A DNA stretch of 62,105 nucleotides, counting the filler, from Basidiobolus ranarum (Eukaryota), in assembly GCA_040143965.1 (NCBI GenBank). It is 15 parts of 15 records of this genome, joined end to end, with 100 filler letters (N's around TTAATTAATTAA, not from the genome) between each part and the next. Parts side by side here need not be neighbours in the genome. Positions count along the whole stretch, not along the records: positions 12,492 to 16,545 come from JASJQH010009012.1; positions 16,646 to 20,697 come from JASJQH010009013.1; positions 20,798 to 24,848 come from JASJQH010009014.1; 12 more parts are not named here. One strand, given 5' to 3'. The position numbers and the translations under genes were made by a program. The notes below the pieces were generated by a model. It was not told the DNA's origin. It worked only from the letters and a program-made list of their open reading frames with translations, and made no database searches. Numbering within the stretch: the stretch's first letter is position 1; each line of letters starts with the position of its first letter. Below are positions 12,690 through 23,310 of this stretch, one piece after another.

Positions 12690-13343
12690 AAGTCTGCTTT
12701 TTGATACACAAGAAGCCAGCAAGCAATATAACCACAAGCAAGATATTTGTGGAAGCTTTGAAGATCTACATTCTGAACAAGAATTAATTACCAGTTTGAA
12801 GAAGAAATTTGGGGACGATGTTGATGTTGTATTAGGTGACTGGTCATATGCGAGTGTGAAATTTGCTGAGCCAATTAGAGGGAAAGGAATGCAACATATA
12901 CTATGAAAAGCAAAGTTCTGTTGTTGAATGAGTTCAACACTTGAGGTTTTTGCCCCAAACGTGAACTCTCAGAATTGGAAAAATTCAAAACTATTCCAAA
13001 CCCAAGAGTTTTTAGAAGAAACAAGATGGCGACTGTAGAATGTCATGATCCTTTAAGGTGCTGTCCAAAATACAAAAAGAGAGAGATAAAAATGAAAGCT
13101 AATATATTTTCATCAAATAGGTGCACAAACCGAAATTGTTTTGAGACCACGCTAGCCAGTAGCATTAGATGACTTAGGAACCGAGACCTTGCTGCAGTGC
13201 TCAATTTCCGGCATATCTTAACTTCACCTAGAGAAAAAGCTACCCGTCCTGACCGATTTAAGCCCCAAAAGCAAGGTGAAAGAAAAGGCAAGCAAAAGGA
13301 AAGCCAAGAATCAAACACTCTTCCTCCTCAGTTATCGCTGTAG
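12690..13343 (+). pseudogene. Degenerate Fanzor1 (eukaryotic TnpB-family RNA-guided nuclease), C-terminal half
   Basis: Reconstructed: SEQELITSLKKKFGDDVDVVLGDWSYASVKFAEPIRGKGMQHIL*KA / frameshift / KVLLLNEFNT*GFCPKR..LEKFKTIPNPRVFRRNKMATVECHDPLR^CTNRNC...R*LRNRDLAAVLNFRHIL...RPDRF + basic tail, stop at 13341-13343. The GDWS, (D)E, CxxC..CxxxxC and NRD motif order is that of fungal Fanzor1. Confidence 0.85.
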
Positions 13344-13439
13344 GACACCCATAGTATAGATAAGATTTTCTATTGATCGTTTAGAAATCATCCCGGTTAT
13401 GTCCACAAAAAACTGAGACGTCTAGTTTTACTGGGACGG
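13344..13439 (+). ncRNA. Candidate Fanzor omegaRNA scaffold / element right end
   Basis: Directly after the Fanzor stop: hairpin 13364-13389, and stem 13391-13397/13430-13436 enclosing hairpin 13409-13429. Function is inferred from position. Confidence 0.45.
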
Positions 13440-16400
13440 CCAAAGTAGAATGAGAAAGCTTGTTTGAGTACAGGAAACCATCTTCTAATAAATACAGCAC
13501 TATGTGGCTCAATAAATGAGAACAAGCCTCTTTTATAACATATACTATTTAACATGACAACTCTTAGTCTCTCTCATTCAAATTGGTAATTGGGTCATTG
13601 CATATTGTATCTCCCCAAGAAACAAAGTTGTGTATTTAAACATTTGCAAGTTGGTGTTGATTCTTCGAGCAACCACGAGGTATATGTCTGGATAAAAGGC
13701 ATATAAAGAGTAAGAGTGGAGTTTACACTCAACACTTCAATATGTAGCAATAGTTTAAAAGTTTAACATATCTTCATATTGACACTACTTCATGGACTCA
13801 TTTATAACTCATAACTCTCTTCATGTTCAAGATCCATAAAGATGCGACTTTGGGAGTACTTTTATTTCCATATCTCTTGCACAAATCTCGCAAAAATTCA
13901 TTGAAGTATCGTGACTATATATTCCCTAAAGATTTACAGCATTGAACACTGAGCACTTTCATTACGAACTTATATTTAGAAACTAATTGTCACTTATAGG
14001 AGATAGCAAATATGTCGCTGAAGCCGTACACAACTGTCGGCTATCAAAAGTAAAGTATATTCCGTCTTTCAAATATCTGCACGTCTATCTTTCTTCCTTC
14101 TCTGAGAGTTAATAGCCGAAGGGAGGGGGTAGCTTCACATTTATGTGAACTCTTTCGAATCAGTCAAGTTCTACTATCTGAGCAGCATTATATTCAAACT
14201 AGGCACATAAAGATCATAGATCAGATCTTGCAAGGCCATCAAGTAGAGATAATAGTAATTGAAACATCGAGCTGTGTGAGTTTGACGAGAGCTTCAATTA
14301 CTATTATGACAATATTCCTAATATGTTGTACCTAAGCTACAGCTCGGCTCTGACTAATTCCTCGGCCTACTATCCAGCTGCTCCTGATTACCACTACACT
14401 ACTACAGCATTGGAAATAAAGGACTATACCAGGCATGCTCCAGGGCATTCTATATGTTTACAACGGGAATATAGTATGTGTTTCGCTAAAAGTGCTCTGT
14501 CATCAGTGCTGCCAGACTATCCATAATTGAAATTAACCGGGTGATGTTATCATAAACTGCTAGATTACCCATCAAGACTTATCTACTACTAAGTGAAAGT
14601 ATATTTAGCCCAGTAATAAAAATAACTCGAAGTGGGTAACGAGTAGACTATTCTTACTTGCCAGTTGAGAGCCAATCACCAATTTGCTTTTGTTAGATTT
14701 AGTGTCATACCTTCGTGTGGACCATAACGGTTGTCATAGCAAATTGTGGAATCTTTGTAACATCCAATGTTTTCTCCGTCGACTCGGAAATGGATTCTTT
14801 ACGGTTATGCAAGTGCATAGAGTAACTCAACATATGATTCATACATAGTCTCGGTTACCTTGCACGCACCGTTCAATCCCGAGTGAAACTAATCTCAAGG
14901 TTAGTACGAAAAAACTTGACTGTGGAGCACAATGGATGTCTATGCTAGAAGCATACTCAGGAAGTACTCTGAAGCCAATGAGGTAGATGTGAAAGTATTA
15001 AAACTAATTAGACTGTTGGTTGTATCACTGCCTCTTCGACGGGGATTTGATTACTTCAACAGTGCGATCTGCATGTACATGCTAGAGACTATATATATTT
15101 AAGCTAGACATATCTTACGTCAAGTAGACAAAATTGCTTATCAAACCTGCCGATTGCTCGTAGGGATGGTGCGATTATTCTTATGCGTGGCTTGATACAG
15201 TCTGCATTTTCCAGCAGAGTTGTTGAACATAACCCACCAAGTCTGGTGATTTCGAGCAGTGACATCAGGGTCATTCATATAGTTGTGACCTCAGGTGATG
15301 CACAGCCATCAACACGTATAACACAATCCAGATCAAGGTCGAATAGCGATGATTTTCGTCATGCTAATAAGATGATTTAATTCATGGAATTCATTTACTG
15401 GCCCCCTGCACGAAACCAATGCCTGCTAAGTCACACGTTGACATTCCTGTGTTCCCAAGTCCAAGCCAGTTGCTAGATGTTGATCGTTGCAGCGTTGTAA
15501 TTCTTTGCATGTACCATTGGGTAGCTATCCAGTCCTGTAATCCAAATGGAAATTAACTATGCGTGATGGATATCCATGGCCTTTTATCGATCACCTGCTG
15601 ATCATTTTTGGCACCAAGCCTAATGCGAGTTACCTATCTTGATTTCTGGTAAAGTACCGAGGGGTTTTCACCGATCCGAAGGATACCAACACTCTTGAAC
15701 AGATATTGTGGAACTAATCTGCAGTATAAACTCGAGGGTTATCTTCAAACCGGGATCTATTTCCTAAAACCCACTTGAACTCGATTTCTATGATCTATTT
15801 TTACGTAATGTAGGTCGAGTGGCAAAAATTGGAATTCCTTGGGGGAGATAATTGCTCAGTTGTTTTGACTTCTGCTCAACTGCACATACCCCAAGCAATT
15901 CCATCATACTGTTTGTAGCCAAGTGTCTAGGCCAATCTGTTATCCGTCTGGTAGGGTAATTTCTCTGATACACAGAGTGGTGATGAAGGGTTAAGTAGTT
16001 CAAACCTGTAAATAATGATACAAAGTGACCTGTGTCCGTACTACATGACTTATTCAGTTCGCTTAAGTAAATTCAAGATGTTTCCTAACTTAAATATAAT
16101 ATGATTACCTAACGATTTCATATTGATTGGGTTCTATTTATGTTTCGAAATCCCAACAGTGCTGCAATTAGCAACTTTATCATTGAAATCTTACCTATGT
16201 GTTCAACAGATAAGCCACAGGAGACAGATAAACAACTCGAACATATAGCAACAGTACCCATTTGCTCCAACAAAGCACTAACCGTTCTACGTTCACACGG
16301 TGAAATGGCATAGTCTAAGAATTCCTGTGGAATAACGCTGATTGATATAGCGTCTCTAAGCATGGGTAGGAAGCCAGGTTCTGTATATTGAACAATTGAA

Positions 16401-16645
16401 TGTTTCTAACGTTCTAGACATATCGGATTATTTTAATGGTCGTGGGAATATAGATACATGGTGCATGTGTGATTCATGTGTGACCCATACAAAGCTGTAA
16501 CAGAGGCTAAACACCAAGACCATCCTCATTCATAACTGGAGTGTANNNNNNNNNNNNNNNNNNNNNNNNNNNNNNNNNNNNNNNNNNNNTTAATTAATTA
16601 ANNNNNNNNNNNNNNNNNNNNNNNNNNNNNNNNNNNNNNNNNNNN

Positions 16646-17704
16646 CCAAAATGTTGGCATTTTCAAGACTTATGTTTCCACCTGTAATACTTGTGCTTGA
16701 GTGAAGACTCCAAGGCATTAGCCCTATGGCCTCCTCCAGCCACCTTCAATACCTGATCAGCAGTGGAAATCAATATCCCTGGATTTCATGACTGATCTAC
16801 CCTTGTCTGTCAAATATGCTTTAATTCTGGTCAGTGTAGACCATCTAACAAAGATGGCCCTGTTTGTGCCCTGCAATAAGTCAATTGATGCAAAACAAAC
16901 AACAGAGTTGGGGACTTAAATATTTTCCACCTACATGGACTCCCCAGAACTATCATCTCTGATGGAGGACCTCAGTTTGCCTCTAAATTTTGGAAAAGTC
17001 TCCTCCAAGCTTTGGGTATCTCTGCAAATTTTTCCACTGCCTTCCATCCGCAATCTGACAGACAAACAGAAAGAGTCAATCTAGTTTAGGAACAATGTTT
17101 GCAATGCACTATTAACTGTAATCAGGATCATTGGACTCAACTCTTGCCTCTTGCTGAATTTGCTTACAACAACTGTTATCATACCTCAGCAAAACAAATT
17201 CCTTTCTTTGAATATTAGAGATTCCATCCTTTTTTCACAATTCACCCACCATCCAATCTACCTTGCCCTGCTGTCTCAGACCATGCCACTTTCCTTAAGG
17301 ACATCCTTAAACAACTAATATCAAAGTAGTAGCATGCTCAATCTCAATACAAGATCTTGGTTAAAAAGAAAAGAAAGCCAAACCTATGTCTTAAGCCAGG
17401 AGATTATGTATGGGTAGAGCCACATGCTATAAACACCTTCCAGGGCCAATCCATTGACCCACCCCCATTTATCCAAATAAACAAACACTTTGAATATGAA
17501 GTTAGAAAAATTCTAGATTCCACAATTTTTCAATGTAAATTGCAATTTTTAGTTGACTGGAAGGGATACTCAACTGATGATCAATTGTGAGTGCCAGCAA
17601 CAAACCTTTCCAACTCAAAAGATCTTAGTCAGCAGTTTAATAAAGCCTACCCAAAAAAACCTGGCCCTATGATGTCTGGAAGCCATAACCAAAGGAGGGG
17701 ATAC
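16646..17704 (+). mobile_element. Decayed Ty3/Gypsy chromovirus integrase + chromodomain + polypurine tract
   Basis: ISLDFMTDLP, VDHLTKMALF, IISDGGPQFASKFW, STAFHPQSDRQTERVN, AEFAYNN; chromodomain EYEVRKILDS..FLVDWKGY; PPT aaaggagggg at 17691-17700; many stops and frameshifts. Confidence 0.92.
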
Positions 17705-18235
17705 TGTCATGATTCTGATCTTGGCATACTTATCCACTGCAAATGGAACTCTAATACTATTAGATTTTAACATCTCATCTGCTGTGCCATCCTTTCTTGC
17801 CAATCTTGAGCTAGTACACAGGTTACCTTATATGAAGTTATGTTCTTTGGAACATTAGATGAAACCTAACAAATTGTTTCATCCCACACTTATTATATTT
17901 CCACCAAGATCTTCCATACAAGGTCAACTGATCATCCTTACATCATCCATCCTTGTATTGGTCCTTGTAGTCCCCAACACCCCAACACTTGAACTTGCCA
18001 CAGTATATTTGCAATTCAGTATATTATGTTTCACACTGCAATATCTACAAAGGCTCCCTGTTTTTCATGATCAGACTGAGGTCTGATCAATGCCAATTAT
18101 TGATAAGATTTTTGCTAAAGTATCTTTCCTGTCTAGTCCTGTCTTGTCTTGCCTTGTGGTCTACACCCAAGTGCGCTCCTGCTTTCTAGCCTCTTGTCAC
18201 TGCTTCCAATCCTTATCCAGTTCTTTGTTGTGACA
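17705..18235 (+). mobile_element. Chromovirus 3' LTR (531 bp, TGTCA...TGACA)
   Basis: Follows the PPT; homologous to 33997-34526 on the minus strand. Confidence 0.9.
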
Positions 18236-18948
18236 ATCAGATATGCTTCTAGGAAAGCTGCAAGACAGACTTCTTGGCAAGATAGATCAAGATACACAGT
18301 ATTATTGTTATGGCCATGGGGTAATATATTCAAGCAATGACACATCTATTTGTGGCAGGACATTTGATGACTGCAAGTTAGAGATATTTTGGCTGAATAC
18401 ATTATGGCTATTGGCCAAAATCCACAAGCTTATTCTCATTTTGAAAGGTAACAAGAGTCAGCTATTTGCCAAGTGTCATTGATATTTGAAGTTTCAGATG
18501 TTTAGCAAGTTTTCCACTATTAGTTTGCTGGTATAGCACATAGATGTTGTTGAGTAATGTCTGATCAGTCAAGTATGTGCATATGTGGAGACTAAATACA
18601 ACAGAATCTTGTATTTTTTGATTCTCATTGTGGCTGGAAAGAAAAGCCTAAAATATCTAAATAAAGGCATGCATATCAATTTGAATTCCTATGACTGTAA
18701 AGCCAGTAATTTGCCATTTAAAAACTGGTTTTTTGCAAAAGTATTTGGAAATTAAATTACACTTGCCAAATTTGAGGAACAATATTTTACTACATATGAA
18801 TACCATCAAAATACAGTTAAGAAGCCAACATCTCACCATCAAAATCCTGGCAGAATGCAAGCCACCAATGTTTGGATGGTTTGCTGAAGGTTTTGCTATC
18901 CAGAAGGGTTGAATTGATCTGGATCATATTGATTTTATTTTATTAGGG
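18236..18948 (+). mobile_element. DNA transposon family D: probable transposase C-terminus and right end (...tttttattaggg)
   Basis: Decayed ORF GNKSQLFAKCH..SQVCAYVETKYN is repeated at 57694-57951(-); the shared sequence ends at the same CCCT terminus. Confidence 0.65.
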
Positions 18949-19139
18949 AACACAGCTGAAAGTCAAGATACCATGCATATGCATTACTGTTATCCAAATA
19001 CAACACTAAACTCCATGATTTTACCCTCAAGAACCTAGTCAGATATCAACATGCTCACTGATATCAACTCACCAAAAAGTCAGTCTAACATCAAACTTGG
19101 GATTAGCTGTAAGCCTTAGATTTTATTGCTTAAGAGATC

Positions 19140-19750
19140 AGCTGGAACTAGAGCTTCCCATTAGGTACGATGCACTTACTATTCAACAATATTATAATAA
19201 TACTTACCCAGCTCTATAGTGGGAGATTCAATCTGAACAAGCCATTTGAGGTAGTATCAAAGTTTGGTTTAATTGAAAAAATTCTTGAAAACATCAAGAA
19301 ACCATCATATTTTACCAGGACTCCCATCAATATCTACCCATATAGGCATTTATTTAAATGCAAAGACTGGAAGTATTGGATTTGCGTACATTCAAGTGGA
19401 ATCTTGAAAAGATTTCTGCCTGACAAATATTGGCAACAATGGGAGTTGTTTGTGGATATTGTTAATATATTTTTACAGCAGCAACTCACATTGGCAGATC
19501 TCAGGCAGATATAGCAACTGTGCAAACATTTTGTAATTGGACATGAAAACTTTAATATAGGCTTAAATAATATAGACTGAATCTATGCTAGTATTTAATA
19601 CACTCCCTCCTGCTTCTTACACAATACATAGACATTTTGGGCCCTTGCTATACATTCTTATGACACCAATATTGTGATGGTCCTCTGATGGTTTTGTGCT
19701 CCAGTAAGGTGGATCCAATCCAAGTCAAATTGATTCTATTTTTATTAGGG
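19140..19750 (+). mobile_element. Family D CMC/EnSpm-like transposase core fragment plus second right-end copy
   Basis: MHLLFNNI...PSYFTRTPINI..FKCKDWKYW..LKRFLPDKYWQQWELFV resembles fungal CACTA/Tnp2-type transposases; 19660-19750 repeats the 18860-18948 end. Confidence 0.7.
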
Positions 19751-19764
19751 TTAAGTTATAAATT

Positions 19765-20697
19765 TGTAAAATTTGAGTTATGTTTTTTTGTGCATGTATT
19801 GATTCACTGTTTTCTGAGATTGTAGCTAATCCTTTGCCACTATTTTGCAAGATCTTGAAATTTCACTCTTGGAACTGAAAAAAATGATCAAAATCAAATT
19901 GAACTTGATGATTTTCTGATGTTATGTAAACAGTCAATCAAAAATGGATTAATATTGAGATGGTTTTCTTAAAATAAAAGTCCTCAAATTTCCATTAGGT
20001 TTCCTAGCCATTCTGCTAGCAGATTTTAATCAATATCTTATGACATCAATAAGTGTTACTATGACAATCTAGCTAAGCAGAATCTATGTGCAACAATGAA
20101 ACCTAAACAAAAACCATAAATTGCATTTGGATGTGGAAGTAGAAGTCTTGTAGAGTAACCAGCAAAAAAAAACATTGAATGTCAGAGCAGCTATCAGTTG
20201 CACTGATGAGTATGATCTAACATCTTGGAAAATGTGTAGAATCTTACACAAAATCACCTCAATTTGAATCAATCCTGGCAAGACCAGAAGCCACATATTA
20301 CTCAAAAAGGTTCTCAACTTATTTCTTTTGGCATATTCTGGGTTTTTACAAGCTAATGGTAGTTGGACAAGTATAGGCCTATTTATGAAATATCTTATAA
20401 CTATAAATAGTTATCAAATTGGATAAGAAATAAAAGTAGCTTAAGTATTACTTTAGAAGCAGGATATAAAAACTCATGGGACAAGGAGATACTGGCACAA
20501 CACCCTAACAGAAATTTGAGGATTGTTATCATAGGAAAACCATCACAATTTTAATCCATTTGGGATTGGCCGTTTACTTACCGTCATATAATTGTCAAGT
20601 TAGATTTGATTTTAATCAATTTTTTCAGTTTCAGGAGTGAAATTTCAAGATCTTGCAAAATAGAAGCAAATGATTGGCTAAAATCTCAGAGAACTAT
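19765..20697. mobile_element. Family D left-end copies (19765-20000 and 20503-20697, opposite orientations) around an accessory-ORF fragment (~20165-20440)
   Basis: ~240-bp block ending aaatttctgttaggg is shared with 35605-35842 and 56580-56813; the ORF fragment matches 34580-34870. Confidence 0.7.
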
Positions 20698-20797
20698 NNN
20701 NNNNNNNNNNNNNNNNNNNNNNNNNNNNNNNNNNNNNNNNNTTAATTAATTAANNNNNNNNNNNNNNNNNNNNNNNNNNNNNNNNNNNNNNNNNNNN

Positions 20798-21324
20798 TGG
20801 ATCTATGCTTAAAATACACATATTCAGGATCAAACTTTGATCTGATGGGATATTCAGATGCAAATTGGGGAAGAGATATTGAAGACAGGAGATCTACAAC
20901 AGGATACTTATTTCTTTGCTATAATGGAGCTATTTCTTGGAATTCAAAGAAACAACCTACTGTAGCACTTTCAACAACAGAAGCTGAATATATGGCTACT
21001 TGTGAAGCAACAAAAGAAGCAATATGGTTAAGAAAACTGCTAACAGACTTGGCTAATTCTCAAAGTTCACCAACTACAATAATTCAAGATAATCACAGTT
21101 GTATCAAATTAGCTAAAAATCCCACGTTTCATATTAGAAGCAAACATATAGATATTAAGCATCACTTCATTAGAGAGACTATAGAGAATCAGTTTATTGA
21201 CTTAACTTATTGTTCTACAGAAGACATGATTGCTGATATATTAACCAAACCATTAGCTAGACAGATATTTGAGAAATTTAGACCTTTATTATGGTTAGTT
21301 TATATGATTATTTAGTTGAGAGAG
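20798..21324 (+). mobile_element. Copia family A RNase H (pol 3' end) and PPT
   Basis: GYSDANWG..DRRSTTGY..WNSKKQPTVALSTTEAEYMA..QDN..RSKHIDIKHHFIRE..ADILTKPL; PPT agttgagagag. Confidence 0.95.
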
Positions 21325-21672
21325 TGTTGAAGTTAGCATTGCCTAAACATCTATATAGTCATATATAGCTTAGTACTTAGTTATCTTGAAATTCACTAAG
21401 ATATTATCCATTATTCTCATGAGGAATTTACTTGGAATATTCTTACCAACTTAGAAGTTCTCAGATATATAGATTCTTGCAAACTTGTGCTAGAAGCCCC
21501 AAACTTTGCACACATCTTCCTGGGACTTTCCTTAACATATTCTACATGTTAATTTGTTTACATCTTGAGAAAACTATAAATGTCAACTTTTACTCAATAA
21601 ATCAACAAGTGAAAACCACCAATTCCTGTAATTCTCCAAACCACTTCCAACAGGCTCCCAAATACTTTAACA
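21325..21672 (+). mobile_element. Copia family A 3' LTR (348 bp)
   Basis: TGTTGAAG...CTTTAACA directly after the PPT; at least 8 full or partial copies in the window. Confidence 0.92.
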
Positions 21673-21714
21673 GATACTAGCCTTTGATAGAAGGTTAGAT
21701 TGAGAATGTGATAA

Positions 21715-21850
21715 TAGTTGAGATACACTGAGAAGCACTGAGATCCTATTTTTATTGAGACACACTGGGCAGATACTGAGAAACTAGTATTTGTTGAGAC
21801 AAACTATGAAGTGCTGAGATCCTATTTTTGTTGATACACACACTGAGTTG
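21715..21850. repeat. Degenerate tandem repeats (ttgaga-ACAC-ctgag / ctgagatcctattttt units)
   Basis: Visible repeated units, including two copies of ctgagatcctattttt; possibly subterminal repeats of another transposon. Confidence 0.55.
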
Positions 21851-23310
21851 AAGGGATCAGTTAGTTTTATTTATACTTTTTTATAACAAAATCAATTAGT
21901 CAGCTGAAGCTTTATAACCATTGAAATTTTAACAAGAAATTGCAGGATATCAAATATTCACTAGAAACTATTTTCTTATTTCCATTTCTATCTAAACTTT
22001 CAAAAGGATGTTGAGGTTGTCTAGCATTGCCATTCTGAATTGGAATATTCTTTATGATAGCTTCTGGAACAAATGAAGATACTTCAGCTCAGCAGACCGT
22101 CATCTAATAATTAATAAGGTCTAACACTAGAGCTAGTACTTCGTCGTGTACAGAGAAATAGAAACTTGTATGCAACCTTTAAGATGGGCTTTATAGCCAC
22201 TGTGGTTTGCTGAGTCTATAGAGTACTACATGTTACAACACGTGTGTAGAATCGAGTATTATGTCATACATACTTTCACCTGTGCTCAACATTACAATAG
22301 AGTTGACGGAACTTAGTGCCGTTTGCTGTAGGCAATGATTCCAAATACTGTTATACTGACAGGAAATACGTTTTATAGAAAGCAAGCATTAAGCACTAGA
22401 CTTGTTCAGAACGAGGTAACTTACCAGTCGGAAACCCTACATGACCTGAATTGGAAGTGTGCAACTATTAATTGATATGTTACCGAATTTCAATTGAATC
22501 ATAAACCTAAACTTGTTTCACCGATGGCTCTTGGCAAGTCGGATTTGGTCCGTGATAGAATAAATATTGGCCATGAAATCATTTGTACATGATTGAATCA
22601 TGTAATTTCGCCTAGTATCACCAACATTTGCATTTGGAAATTTGCGTCGAAATCTATGCAGGTTCTGCTATTGAATCCATCAGTATCATGCATCGCCATA
22701 CAAACAGTCAGGGAGACGGGTCAATTCCATTGGTGCAGAAACGTTTTCGTCTTTTTGAGCGACAACGCCATGCTTGCGTGGACTCTTCACTCTAGAGCTG
22801 ATACTAGCTTTGGTACTGCGCAAGCGACTGCACCTGGTGGCAGAGCGCATAGCATATGTTTAGCTTCGACTTTGGGCTTCTACAGAGCCTATATCCTGAT
22901 TTATTGGTAACTTACTTGGATACATTACGCACGCGACACATCCAGCCTTGTGAGTGATACGAATGAGAAACAAGACGGTTGATTTGATGGATCCCTGATG
23001 TGCTTCTAATATATCGATCCATTATCAAGCGATGTGATTAATTGATTCCATTTGATTGCCAACCTCCGAAGTTGACATGCATCCACTGATATTCTCGAAG
23101 ATCTGTTTCTTTTTCATCTTACCTTAGGAATGTTGGTTTTGGGCACGTATGAGCTCAATTTGTACATACCTTACTGATTGGATCAACGGATCCCTCAAGA
23201 CAGCCAATAACTATTTTAAGACTTGGAGGTGATGGTCAATAAATACAGCCGGAATTTCCCTTTGAGATGGGTTTACAATACCCTTTGCTTTTCTCGTCGA
23301 CTCGGAGTAT

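Noticed and set aside
15183-16363. Short ORFs downstream of the Fanzor that might be a partner transposase
   Set aside because: No DDE, Y1, serine-recombinase or Helitron motifs recognised; at most an unidentifiable pseudogene.
21715-21850. Possible CRISPR-like array (also 25084-25187 and 27510-27856)
   Set aside because: Units are tandem or degenerate without unique equal-length spacers; eukaryotic context and no cas genes.
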